A stretch of DNA of 64,000 nt from the NCBI GenBank assembly GCA_044892505.1, contig CM097883.1, positions 400,892,001 to 400,956,000 on the forward strand, given 5' to 3'. A program made the position numbers and the translations under genes. The notes beneath the pieces are model-generated. The model was not told the DNA's origin. It did not search any database and worked only from the letters and a program-made list of their open reading frames with translations. Below are positions 22,401 to 37,400 of the stretch, in pieces (the first letter of the stretch is position 1; the number at the start of each line of letters is the position of its first letter). The DNA comes from Schmidtea nova. Lineage: Eukaryota.

Positions 22401-25400
22401 GACCTTTTTTGAAAATAGCTCTTTTCGATATATTTTTATTTGCGTAATTTTATGCGCTAAATCGGAGAAACTAAAATTTACTTGAACGTAGTTACAGGTC
22501 ATTCGACCAGCATATCACATCGTGAGAGGTTTTCATGAAGGAGTGAGTAGGAGAAAATTGTACCGCAGTTATTACGTAATAGAAATTAATAGTTATACTG
22601 TTACCGCAGGCGACGCTAATCTGAGAAACGACTAATGGATTTTTAATAGATATTTTGACTATATGAGCTAAGGTGAGAGCGACAAATTACCGCAGGTGAC
22701 GCTAATCTGAGAAACGACTAATGGATTTTTAATAGATATTTTGACTATATGAGCTAAGGTGAGAGCGACAAATTACAATAATACCAAATGAGTAATTGAA
22801 TTTAGTGCCGATTAATGCTCACAGAGGAAATTTAGTGATAATGTAGTAGAGAGCTGAATCGAATTATTTGGTGAGGGAATATTTTTTGAAGGCATTAAGG
22901 TCCGGAAAATACTCAATAGTATAAATTTTCAGAAATATGTCAGTGGCATGGGGATTAAATCCATTTACGATCAACGAGAGTTAATTAAGGATAATGGGAG
23001 TACGTGGGCTTAATTTACTTTTTTGTAAGAACGACGAGCGAATTCATTAAGAACGAGTTAAGGCACGACGCAGAGACAAGGTGGCCTACAAATCTTACTT
23101 GTCCCTTTCCGACATACGCAAGTCAATGAATGTAACTTATTCATCGACTTCTTATTTATTTATTTTACAGATTCGTGGAGAATATAATGTTTATACGTTA
23201 AATGAGTTAAACATCTATGTCATGTCTTATATTTTGTTCTATGAATTCGTTATTCCCATTCTGAAGGTTTGTCAGTAATATTCACTTTAATTTTTCATTA
23301 ACAAATTATATATATATATAAATATCATTATTACATCAAATGATTACATTGCAAGTATATGATAAGTATGGCCTACAAATCTTACTTGTCCCTTTCCGAC
23401 ATACGCAAGTCAATGAATGTAACTTATTCATCGACTTCTTATTTATTTATTTTACAGATTCGTGGAGAATATAATGTTTATACGTTAAATGAATTAAACA
23501 TCTATGTCATGTCTTATATTTTGTTCTATGAATTCGTTATTTCGATTCTGAAGGTTTGTCAGTAATATTCACTTTAATTTTTCATTAACAAATTATATAT
23601 ATAAATATCATTATTACATCAAATGATTACATTGCAAGTATTTGATAAGTATGGCCTACAAATCTTACTTGTCCCTTTCCGACATACGCAAGTCAATGAA
23701 TGTAACTTATTCATCGACTTCTTATTTATTTATTTTACAGATTCGTGGAGAATATAATGTTTATACGTTAAATGAGTTAAACATCTATGTCATGTCTTAT
23801 ATTTTGTTCTATGAATTCGTTATTCCCATTCTGAAGGTTTGTCAGTAATATTCACTTTAATTTTTCATTAACAAATTATATATATAAATATCATTATTAC
23901 ATCAAATGATTACATTGCAAGTATTTGATAAGTATGGCCTACAAATCTTACTTGACCCTTTCCGACATATGCAAGTCAATGAATGTAACTTATTCATCGA
24001 CTTCTTATTTATTTATTTTACAGATTCGTGGAGAATATAATGTTTATACGTTAAATGAATTAAACATCTATGTCATGTCTTATATTTTGTTCTATGAATT
24101 CGTTATTTCGATTCTGAAGGTTTGTCAGTAATATTCACTTTAATTTTTCATTAACAAATTATATATATAAATATCATTATTACATCAAATGATTACATTG
24201 CAAGTATTTGATAAGTATGGCCTACAAATCTTACTTGTCCCTTTCCGACATACGCAAGTCAATGAATGTAACTTATTCATCGACTTCTTATTTATTTATT
24301 TTACAGATTCGTGGAGAATATAATGTTTATACGTTAAATGAGTTAAACATCTATGTCATGTCTTATATTTTGTTCTATGAATTCGTTATTCCCATTCTGA
24401 AGGTTTGTCAGTAATATTCACTTTAATTTTTCATTAACAAATTATATATATATATATATAAATATCATTATTACATCAAATGATTACATTGCAAGTATTT
24501 GATAAGTATGGCCTACAAATCTTACTTGTCCCTTTCCGACATACGCAAGTCAATGAATGTAACTTATTCATCGACTTCTTATTTATTTATTTTACAGGTT
24601 CGTGGAGAATATAACGTTTATACGTTAAATGAGTTAAACATCTATGTCATGTCTTATATTTTGTTCTATGAATTCGTTATTCCCATTCTGAAGGTTTGTC
24701 AGTAATATTCACTTTAATTTTTCATTAACAAATTATATATATATATATAAATATCATTCTTACATCAAATGATTACATTGCAAGTATTTGATAAGTATGG
24801 CCTACAAATCTTACTTGACCCTTTCCGACATATGCAAGTCAATGAATGTAACTTATTCATCGACTTCTTATTTATTTATTTTACAGGTTCGTGGAGAATA
24901 TAACGTTTATACGTTAAATGAGTTAAACATCTATGTCATGTCTTATATTTTGTTCTATGAATTCGTTATTCCCATTCTGAAGGTTTGTCAGTAATATTCA
25001 CTTTAATTTTTCATTAACAAATTACGTAAATTTCTAATGGTGTGAATCTCCAGCTAATGATTCCTCAGTGGTGTATTTCACCCTTTCCCATTGGCACGAA
25101 ATTCAGAATGCCGCCGGTTTATGTGAGTATTATAATCTTTTGATTTTTATTATCTTACATAACATTCATCCCTTCTGGACAAGACCTTTTTTGAAAATAG
25201 CTCTTTTCGATATATTTTTATTTGCGTAATTTTATGCGCTAAATCGGAGAAACTAAAATTTACTTGAACGTAGTTACAGGTCATTCGACCAGCATATCAC
25301 ATCGTGAGAGGTTTTCATGAAGGAGTGAGTAGGAGAAAATTGTACCGCAGTTATTACGTAATAGAAATTAATAGTTATACTGTTACCGCAGGCGACGCTA

Positions 25401-28400
25401 ATCTGAGAAACGACTAATGGATTTTTAATAGATATTTTGACTATATGAGCTAAGGTGAGAGCGACAAATTACCGCAGGTGACGCTAATCTGAGAAACGAC
25501 TAATGGATTTTTAATAGATATTTTGACTATATGAGCTAAGGTGAGAGCGACAAATTACAATAATACCAAATGAGTAATTGAATTTAGTGCCGATTAATGC
25601 TCACAGAGGAAATTTAGTGATAATGTAGTAGAGAGCTGAATCGAATTATTTGGTGAGGGAATATTTTTTGAAGGCATTAAGGTCCGGAAAATACTCAATA
25701 GTATAAAATTTTCAGAAATATGTCAGTGGCATGGGGATTAAATCCATTTACGATCAACGAGAGTTAATTAAGGATAATGGGAGTACGTGGGCTTAATTTA
25801 CTTTTTTGTAAGAACGACGAGCGAATTCATTAAGAACGAGTTAAGGCACGACGCAGAGACAAGGTGGCCTACAAATCTTACTTGTCCCTTTCCGACATAC
25901 GCAAGTCAATGAATGTAACTTATTCATCGACTTCTTATTTATTTATTTTACAGATTCGTGGAGAATATAATGTTTATACGTTAAATGAGTTAAACATCTA
26001 TGTCATGTCTTATATTTTGTTCTATGAATTCGTTATTCCCATTCTGAAGGTTTGTCAGTAATATTCACTTTAATTTTTCATTAACAAATTATATATATAT
26101 ATATAAATATCATTATTACATCAAATGATTACATTGCAAGTATTTGATAAGTATGGCCTACAAATCTTACTTGTCCCTTTCCGACATACGCAAGTCAATG
26201 AATGTAACTTATTCATCGACTTCTTATTTATTTATTTTACAGATTCGTGGAGAATATAATGTTTATACGTTAAATGAATTAAACATCTATGTCATGTCTT
26301 ATATTTTGTTCTATGAATTCGTTATTTCGATTCTGAAGGTTTGTCAGTAATATTCACTTTAATTTTTCATTAACAAATTATATATATAAATATCATTATT
26401 ACATCAAATGATTACATTGCAAGTATTTGATAAGTATGGCCTACAAATCTTACTTGTCCCTTTCCGACATACGCAAGTCAATGAATGTAACTTATTCATC
26501 GACTTCTTATTTATTTATTTTACAGATTCGTGGAGAATATAATGTTTATACGTTAAATGAGTTAAACATCTATGTCATGTCTTATATTTTGTTCTATGAA
26601 TTCGTTATTCCCATTCTGAAGGTTTGTCAGTAATATTCACTTTAATTTTTCATTAACAAATTATATATATAAATATCATTATTACATCAAATGATTACAT
26701 TGCAAGTATTTGATAAGTATGGCCTACAAATCTTACTTGACCCTTTCCGACATATGCAAGTCAATGAATGTAACTTATTCATCGACTTCTTATTTATTTA
26801 TTTTACAGATTCGTGGAGAATATAATGTTTATACGTTAAATGAATTAAACATCTATGTCATGTCTTATATTTTGTTCTATGAATTCGTTATTTCGATTCT
26901 GAAGGTTTGTCAGTAATATTCACTTTAATTTTTCATTAACAAATTATATATATAAATATCATTATTACATCAAATGATTACATTGCAAGTATTTGATAAG
27001 TATGGCCTACAAATCTTACTTGTCCCTTTCCGACATACGCAAGTCAATGAATGTAACTTATTCATCGACTTCTTATTTATTTATTTTACAGATTCGTGGA
27101 GAATATAATGTTTATACGTTAAATGAGTTAAACATCTATGTCATGTCTTATATTTTGTTCTATGAATTCGTTATTCCCATTCTGAAGGTTTGTCAGTAAT
27201 ATTCACTTTAATTTTTCATTAACAAATTATATATATATATATATATATATAAATATCATTATTACATCAAATGATTACATTGCAAGTATTTGATAAGTAT
27301 GGCCTACAAATCTTACTTGTCCCTTTCCGACATACGCAAGTCAATGAATGTAACTTATTCATCGACTTCTTATTTATTTATTTTACAGGTTCGTGGAGAA
27401 TATAACGTTTATACGTTAAATGAGTTAAACATCTATGTCATGTCTTATATTTTGTTCTATGAATTCGTTATTCCCATTCTGAAGGTTTGTCAGTAATATT
27501 CACTTTAATTTTTCATTAACAAATTATATATATATATATAAATATCATTCTTACATCAAATGATTACATTGCAAGTATTTGATAAGTATGGCCTACAAAT
27601 CTTACTTGACCCTTTCCGACATATGCAAGTCAATGAATGTAACTTATTCATCGACTTCTTATTTATTTATTTTACAGGTTCGTGGAGAATATAACGTTTA
27701 TACGTTAAATGAGTTAAACATCTATGTCATGTCTTATATTTTGTTCTATGAATTCGTTATTCCCATTCTGAAGGTTTGTCAGTAATATTCACTTTAATTT
27801 TTCATTAACAAATTACGTAAATTTCTAATGGTGTGAATCTCCAGCTAATGATTCCTCAGTGGTGTATTTCACCCTTTCCCATTGGCACGAAATTCAGAAT
27901 GCCGCCGGTTTATGTGAGTATTATAATCTTTTGATTTTTATTATCTTACATAACATTCATCCCTTCTGGACAAGACCTTTTTTGAAAATAGCTATTTTCG
28001 ATATATTTTTATTTGCGTAATTTTATGCGCTAAATCGGAGAAACTAAAATTTACTTGAACGTAGTTACAGGTCATTCGACCAGCATATCACATCGTGAGA
28101 GGTTTTCATGAAGGAGTGAGTAGGAGAAAATTGTACCGCAGTTATTACGTAATAGAAATTAATAGTTATACTGTTACCGCAGGCGACGCTAATCTGAGAA
28201 ACGACTAATGGATTTTTAATAGATATTTTGACTATATGAGCTAAGGTGAGAGCGACAAATTACCGCAGGTGACGCTAATCTGAGAAACGACTAATGGATT
28301 TTTAATAGATATTTTGACTATATGAGCTAAGGTGAGAGCGACAAATTACAATAATACCAAATGAGTAATTGAATTTAGTGCCGATTAATGCTCACAGAGG

Positions 28401-31400
28401 AAATTTAGTGATAATGTAGTAGAGAGCTGAATCGAATTATTTGGTGAGGGAATATTTTTTGAAGGCATTAAGGTCCGGAAAATACTCAATAGTATAAAAT
28501 TTTCAGAAATATGTCAGTGGCATGGGGATTAAATCCATTTACGATCAACGAGAGTTAATTAAGGATAATGGGAGTACGTGGGCTTAATTTACTTTTTTGT
28601 AAGAACGACGAGCGAATTCATTAAGAACGAGTTAAGGCACGACGCAGAGACAAGGTGGCCTACAAATCTTACTTGTCCCTTTCCGACATACGCAAGTCAA
28701 TGAATGTAACTTATTCATCGACTTCTTATTTATTTATTTTACAGATTCGTGGAGAATATAATGTTTATACGTTAAATGAGTTAAACATCTATGTCATGTC
28801 TTATATTTTGTTCTATGAATTCGTTATTCCCATTCTGAAGGTTTGTCAGTAATATTCACTTTAATTTTTCATTAACAAATTATATATAAATATCATTATT
28901 ACATCAAATGATTACATTGCAAGTATTTGATAAGTATGGCCTACAAATCTTACTTGTCCCTTTCCGACATATGCAAGTCAATGAATGTAACTTATTCATC
29001 GACTTCTTATTTATTAATTTTACAGATTCGTGGAGAATATAATGTTTATACGTTAAATGAGTTAAACATCTATGTCATGTCTTATATTTTGTTCTATGAA
29101 TTCGTTATTCCCATTCTGAAGGTTTGTCAGTAATATTCACTTTAATTTTTCATTAACAATTTATATATATATATAAATTTCATTCTTACATCAAATGATT
29201 ACATTGCAAGTATTTGATAAGTATGGCCTACAAATCTTACTTGTCCCTTTCCGACATATGCAAGTCAATGAATGTAACTTATTCATCGACTTCTTATTTA
29301 TTTATTTTACAGATTCGTGGAGAATATAATGTTTATACGTTAAATGAGTTAAACATCTATGTCATGTCTTATATTTTGTTCTATGAATTCGTTATTCCCA
29401 TTCTGAAGGTTTGTCAGTAATATTCACTTTAATTTTTCATTAACAAATTATATATATAAATATCATTATTACATCAAATGATTACATTGCAAGTATTTGA
29501 TAAGTATGGCCTACAAATCTTACTTGACCCTTTCCGACATATGCAAGTCAATGAATGTAACTTATTCATCGACTTCTTATTTATTTATTTTACAGATTCG
29601 TGGAGAATATAATGTTTATACGTTAAATGAATTAAACATCTATGTCATGTCTTATATTTTGTTCTATGAATTCGTTATTTCGATTCTGAAGGTTTGTCAG
29701 TAATATTCACTTTAATTTTTCATTAACAAATTATATATATAAATATCATTATTACATCAAATGATTACATTGCAAGTATTTGATAAGTATGGCCTACAAA
29801 TCTTACTTGTCCCTTTCCGACATACGCAAGTCAATGAATGTAACTTATTCATCGACTTCTTATTTATTTATTTTACAGATTCGTGGAGAATATAATGTTT
29901 ATACGTTAAATGAGTTAAACATCTATGTCATGTCTTATATTTTGTTCTATGAATTCGTTATTCCCATTCTGAAGGTTTGTCAGTAATATTCACTTTAATT
30001 TTTCATTAACAAATTATATATATATATATATAAATATCATTATTACATCAAATGATTACATTGCAAGTATTTGATAAGTATGGCCTACAAATCTTACTTG
30101 TCCCTTTCCGACATACGCAAGTCAATGAATGTAACTTATTCATCGACTTCTTATTTATTTATTTTACAGGTTCGTGGAGAATATAACGTTTATACGTTAA
30201 ATGAGTTAAATATCTATGTCATGTCTTATATTTTGTTCTATGAATTCGTTATTCCCATTCTGAAGGTTTGTCAGTAATATTCACTTTAATTTTTCATTAA
30301 CAAATTATATATATATATATAAATATCATTCTTACATCAAATGATTACATTGCAAGTATTTGATAAGTATGGCCTACAAATCTTACTTGACCCTTTCCGA
30401 CATATGCAAGTCAATGAATGTAACTTATTCATCGACTTCTTATTTATTTATTTTACAGGTTCGTGGAGAATATAACGTTTATACGTTAAATGAGTTAAAC
30501 ATCTATGTCATGTCTTATATTTTGTTCTATGAATTCGTTATTCCCATTCTGAAGGTTTGTCAGTAATATTCACTTTAATTTTTCATTAACAAATTACGTA
30601 AATTTCTAATGGTGTGAATCTCCAGCTAATGATTCCTCAGTGGTGTATTTCACCCTTTCCCATTGGCACGAAATTCAGAATGCCGCCGGTTTATGTGAGT
30701 ATTATAATCTTTTGATTTTTATTATCTTACATAACATTCATCCCTTCTGGACAAGACCTTTTTTGAAAATAGCTCTTTTCGATATATTTTTATTTGCGTA
30801 ATTTTATGCGCTAAATCGGAGAAACTAAAATTTACTTGAACGTAGTTACAGGTCATTCGACCAGCATATCACATCGTGAGAGGTTTTCATGAAGGAGTGA
30901 GTAGGAGAAAATTGTACCGCAGTTATTATGTAATAGAAATTAATAGTTATACTGTTACCGCAGGCGACGCTAATCTGAGAAACGACTAATGGATTTTTAA
31001 TAGATATTTTGACTATATGAGCTAAGGTGAGAGCGACAAATTACCGCAGGTGACGCTAATCTGAGAAACGACTAATGGATTTTTAATAGATATTTTGACT
31101 ATATGAGCTAAGGTGAGAGCGACAAATTACAATAATACCAAATGAGTAATTGAATTTAGTGCCGATTAATGCTCACAGAGGAAATTTAGTGATAATGTAG
31201 TAGAGAGCTGAATCGAATTATTTGGTGAGGGAATATTTTTTGAAGGCATTAAGGTCCGGAAAATACTCAATAGTATAAAATTTTCAGAAATATGTCAGTG
31301 GCATGGGGATTAAATCCATTTACGATCAACGAGAGTTAATTAAGGATAATGGGAGTACGTGGGCTTAATTTACTTTTTTGTAAGAACGACGAGCGAATTC

Positions 31401-34400
31401 ATTAAGAACGAGTTAAGGCACGACGCAGAGACAAGGTGGCCTACAAATCTTACTTGTCCCTTTCCGACATACGCAAGTCAATGAATGTAACTTATTCATC
31501 GACTTCTTATTTATTTATTTTACAGATTCGTGGAGAATATAATGTTTATACGTTAAATGAGTTAAACATCTATGTCATGTCTTATATTTTGTTCTATGAA
31601 TTCGTTATTCCCATTCTGAAGGTTTGTCAGTAATATTCACTTTAATTTTTCATTAACAAATTATATATATATATAAATATCATTATTACATCAAATGATT
31701 ACATTGCAAGTATTTGATAAGTATGGCCTACAAATCTTACTTGTCCCTTTCCGACATACGCAAGTCAATGAATGTAACTTATTCATCGACTTCTTATTTA
31801 TTTATTTTACAGATTCGTGGAGAATATAATGTTTATACGTTAAATGAATTAAACATCTATGTCATGTCTTATATTTTGTTCTATGAATTCGTTATTTCGA
31901 TTCTGAAGGTTTGTCAGTAATATTCACTTTAATTTTTCATTAACAAATTATATATATAAATATCATTATTACATCAAATGATTACATTGCAAGTATTTGA
32001 TAAGTATGGCCTACAAATCTTACTTGTCCCTTTCCGACATACGCAAGTCAATGAATGTAACTTATTCATCGACTTCTTATTTATTTATTTTACAGATTCG
32101 TGGAGAATATAATGTTTATACGTTAAATGAGTTAAACATCTATGTCATGTCTTATATTTTGTTCTATGAATTCGTTATTCCCATTCTGAAGGTTTGTCAG
32201 TAATATTCACTTTAATTTTTCATTAACAAATTATATATATAAATATCATTATTACATCAAATGATTACATTGCAAGTATTTGATAAGTATGGCCTACAAA
32301 TCTTACTTGACCCTTTCCGACATATGCAAGTCAATGAATGTAACTTATTCATCGACTTCTTATTTATTTATTTTACAGATTCGTGGAGAATATAATGTTT
32401 ATACGTTAAATGAATTAAACATCTATGTCATGTCTTATATTTTGTTCTATGAATTCGTTATTTCGATTCTGAAGGTTTGTCAGTAATATTCACTTTAATT
32501 TTTCATTAACAAATTATATATATAAATATCATTATTACATCAAATGATTACATTGCAAGTATTTGATAAGTATGGCCTACAAATCTTACTTGTCCCTTTC
32601 CGACATACGCAAGTCAATGAATGTAACTTATTCATCGACTTCTTATTTATTTATTTTACAGATTCGTGGAGAATATAATGTTTATACGTTAAATGAGTTA
32701 AACATCTATGTCATGTCTTATATTTTGTTCTATGAATTCGTTATTCCCATTCTGAAGGTTTGTCAGTAATATTCACTTTAATTTTTCATTAACAAATTAT
32801 ATATATATATATATATATAAATATCATTATTACATCAAATGATTACATTGCAAGTATTTGATAAGTATGGCCTACAAATCTTACTTGTCCCTTTCCGACA
32901 TACGCAAGTCAATGAATGTAACTTATTCATCGACTTCTTATTTATTTATTTTACAGGTTCGTGGAGAATATAACGTTTATACGTTAAATGAGTTAAACAT
33001 CTATGTCATGTCTTATATTTTGTTCTATGAATTCGTTATTCCCATTCTGAAGGTTTGTCAGTAATATTCACTTTAATTTTTCATTAACAAATTATATATA
33101 TATATATAAATATCATTCTTACATCAAATGATTACATTGCAAGTATTTGATAAGTATGGCCTACAAATCTTACTTGACCCTTTCCGACATATGCAAGTCA
33201 ATGAATGTAACTTATTCATCGACTTCTTATTTATTTATTTTACAGGTTCGTGGAGAATATAACGTTTATACGTTAAATGAGTTAAACATCTATGTCATGT
33301 CTTATATTTTGTTCTATGAATTCGTTATTCCCATTCTGAAGGTTTGTCAGTAATATTCACTTTAATTTTTCATTAACAAATTACGTAAATTTCTAATGGT
33401 GTGAATCTCCAGCTAATGATTCCTCAGTGGTGTATTTCACCCTTTCCCATTGGCACGAAATTCAGAATGCCGCCGGTTTATGTGAGTATTATAATCTTTT
33501 GATTTTTATTATCTTACATAACATTCATCCCTTCTGGACAAGACCTTTTTTGAAAATAGCTCTTTTCGATATATTTTTATTTGCGTAATTTTATGCGCTA
33601 AATCGGAGAAACTAAAATTTACTTGAACGTAGTTACAGGTCATTCGACCAGCATATCACATCGTGAGAGGTTTTCATGAAGGAGTGAGTAGGAGAAAATT
33701 GTACCGCAGTTATTACGTAATAGAAATTAATAGTTATACTGTTACCGCAGGCGACGCTAATCTGAGAAACGACTAATGGATTTTTAATAGATATTTTGAC
33801 TATATGAGCTAAGGTGAGAGCGACAAATTACCGCAGGTGACGCTAATCTGAGAAACGACTAATGGATTTTTAATAGATATTTTGACTATATGAGCTAAGG
33901 TGAGAGCGACAAATTACAATAATACCAAATGAGTAATTGAATTTAGTGCCGATTAATGCTCACAGAGGAAATTTAGTGATAATGTAGTAGAGAGCTGAAT
34001 CGAATTATTTGGTGAGGGAATATTTTTTGAAGGCATTAAGGTCCGGAAAATACTCAATAGTATAAAATTTTCAGAAATATGTCAGTGGCATGGGGATTAA
34101 ATCCATTTACGATCAACGAGAGTTAATTAAGGATAATGGGAGTACGTGGGCTTAATTTACTTTTTTGTAAGAACGACGAGCGAATTCATTAAGAACGAGT
34201 TAAGGCACGACGCAGAGACAAGGTGGCCTACAAATCTTACTTGTCCCTTTCCGACATACGCAAGTCAATGAATGTAACTTATTCATCGACTTCTTATTTA
34301 TTTATTTTACAGATTCGTGGAGAATATAATGTTTATACGTTAAATGAGTTAAACATCTATGTCATGTCTTATATTTTGTTCTATGAATTCGTTATTCCCA

Positions 34401-37400
34401 TTCTGAAGGTTTGTCAGTAATATTCACTTTAATTTTTCATTAACAAATTATATATATATATATATAAATATCATTATTACATCAAATGATTACATTGCAA
34501 GTATTTGATAAGTATGGCCTACAAATCTTACTTGTCCCTTTCCGACATACGCAAGTCAATGAATGTAACTTATTCATCGACTTCTTATTTATTTATTTTA
34601 CAGATTCGTGGAGAATATAATGTTTATACGTTAAATGAATTAAACATCTATGTCATGTCTTATATTTTGTTCTATGAATTCGTTATTTCGATTCTGAAGG
34701 TTTGTCAGTAATATTCACTTTAATTTTTCATTAACAAATTATATATATAAATATCATTATTACATCAAATGATTACATTGCAAGTATTTGATAAGTATGG
34801 CCTACAAATCTTACTTGTCCCTTTCCGACATACGCAAGTCAATGAATGTAACTTATTCATCGACTTCTTATTTATTTATTTTACAGATTCGTGGAGAATA
34901 TAATGTTTATACGTTAAATGAGTTAAACATCTATGTCATGTCTTATATTTTGTTCTATGAATTCGTTATTCCCATTCTGAAGGTTTGTCAGTAATATTCA
35001 CTTTAATTTTTCATTAACAAATTATATATATAAATATCATTATTACATCAAATGATTACATTGCAAGTATTTGATAAGTATGGCCTACAAATCTTACTTG
35101 ACCCTTTCCGACATATGCAAGTCAATGAATGTAACTTATTCATCGACTTCTTATTTATTTATTTTACAGATTCGTGGAGAATATAATGTTTATACGTTAA
35201 ATGAATTAAACATCTATGTCATGTCTTATATTTTGTTCTATGAATTCGTTATTTCGATTCTGAAGGTTTGTCAGTAATATTCACTTTAATTTTTCATTAA
35301 CAAATTATATATATAAATATCATTATTACATCAAATGATTACATTGCAAGTATTTGATAAGTATGGCCTACAAATCTTACTTGTCCCTTTCCGACATACG
35401 CAAGTCAATGAATGTAACTTATTCATCGACTTCTTATTTATTTATTTTACAGATTCGTGGAGAATATAATGTTTATACGTTAAATGAGTTAAACATCTAT
35501 GTCATGTCTTATATTTTGTTCTATGAATTCGTTATTCCCATTCTGAAGGTTTGTCAGTAATATTCACTTTAATTTTTCATTAACAAATTATATATATATA
35601 TATATATATATAAATATCATTATTACATCAAATGATTACATTGCAAGTATTTGATAAGTATGGCCTACAAATCTTACTTGTCCCTTTCCGACATACGCAA
35701 GTCAATGAATGTAACTTATTCATCGACTTCTTATTTATTTATTTTACAGGTTAGTGGAGAATATAACGTTTATACGTTAAATGAGTTAAACATCTATGTC
35801 ATGTCTTATATTTTGTTCTATGAATTCGTTATTCCCATTCTGAAGGTTTGTCAGTAATATTCACTTTAATTTTTCATTAACAAATTATATATATATATAT
35901 AAATATCATTCTTACATCAAATGATTACATTGCAAGTATTTGATAAGTATGGCCTACAAATCTTACTTGACCCTTTCCGACATATGCAAGTCAATGAATG
36001 TAACTTATTCATCGACTTCTTATTTATTTATTTTACAGGTTCGTGGAGAATATAACGTTTATACGTTAAATGAGTTAAACATCTATGTCATGTCTTATAT
36101 TTTGTTCTATGAATTCGTTATTCCCATTCTGAAGGTTTGTCAGTAATATTCACTTTAATTTTTCATTAACAAATTACGTAAATTTCTAATGGTGTGAATC
36201 TCCAGCTAATGATTCCTCAGTGGTGTATTTCACCCTTTCCCATTGGCACGAAATTCAGAATGCCGCCGGTTTATGTGAGTATTATAATCTTTTGATTTTT
36301 ATTATCTTACATAACATTCATCCCTTCTGGACAAGACCTTTTTTGAAAATAGCTATTTTCGATATATTTTTATTTGCGTAATTTTATGCGCTAAATCGGA
36401 GAAACTAAAATTTACTTGAACGTAGTTACAGGTCATTCGACCAGCATATCACATCGTGAGAGGTTTTCATGAAGGAGTGAGTAGGAGAAAATTGTACCGC
36501 AGTTATTACGTAATAGAAATTAATAGTTATACTGTTACCGCAGGCGACGCTAATCTGAGAAACGACTAATGGATTTTTAATAGATATTTTGACTATATGA
36601 GCTAAGGTGAGAGCGACAAATTACCGCAGGTGACGCTAATCTGAGAAACGACTAATGGATTTTTAATAGATATTTTGACTATATGAGCTAAGGTGAGAGC
36701 GACAAATTACAATAATACCAAATGAGTAATTGAATTTAGTGCCGATTAATGCTCACAGAGGAAATTTAGTGATAATGTAGTAGAGAGCTGAATCGAATTA
36801 TTTGGTGAGGGAATATTTTTTGAAGGCATTAAGGTCCGGAAAATACTCAATAGTATAAAATTTTCAGAAATATGTCAGTGGCATGGGGATTAAATCCATT
36901 TACGATCAACGAGAGTTAATTAAGGATAATGGGAGTACGTGGGCTTAATTTACTTTTTTGTAAGAACGACGAGCGAATTCATTAAGAACGAGTTAAGGCA
37001 CGACGCAGAGACAAGGTGGCCTACAAATCTTACTTGTCCCTTTCCGACATACGCAAGTCAATGAATGTAACTTATTCATCGACTTCTTATTTATTTATTT
37101 TACAGATTCGTGGAGAATATAATGTTTATACGTTAAATGAGTTAAACATCTATGTCATGTCTTATATTTTGTTCTATGAATTCGTTATTCCCATTCTGAA
37201 GGTTTGTCAGTAATATTCACTTTAATTTTTCATTAACAAATTATATATATATATAAATATCATTATTACATCAAATGATTACATTGCAAGTATTTGATAA
37301 GTATGGCCTACAAATCTTACTTGTCCCTTTCCGACATACGCAAGTCAATGAATGTAACTTATTCATCGACTTCTTATTTATTTATTTTACAGATTCGTGG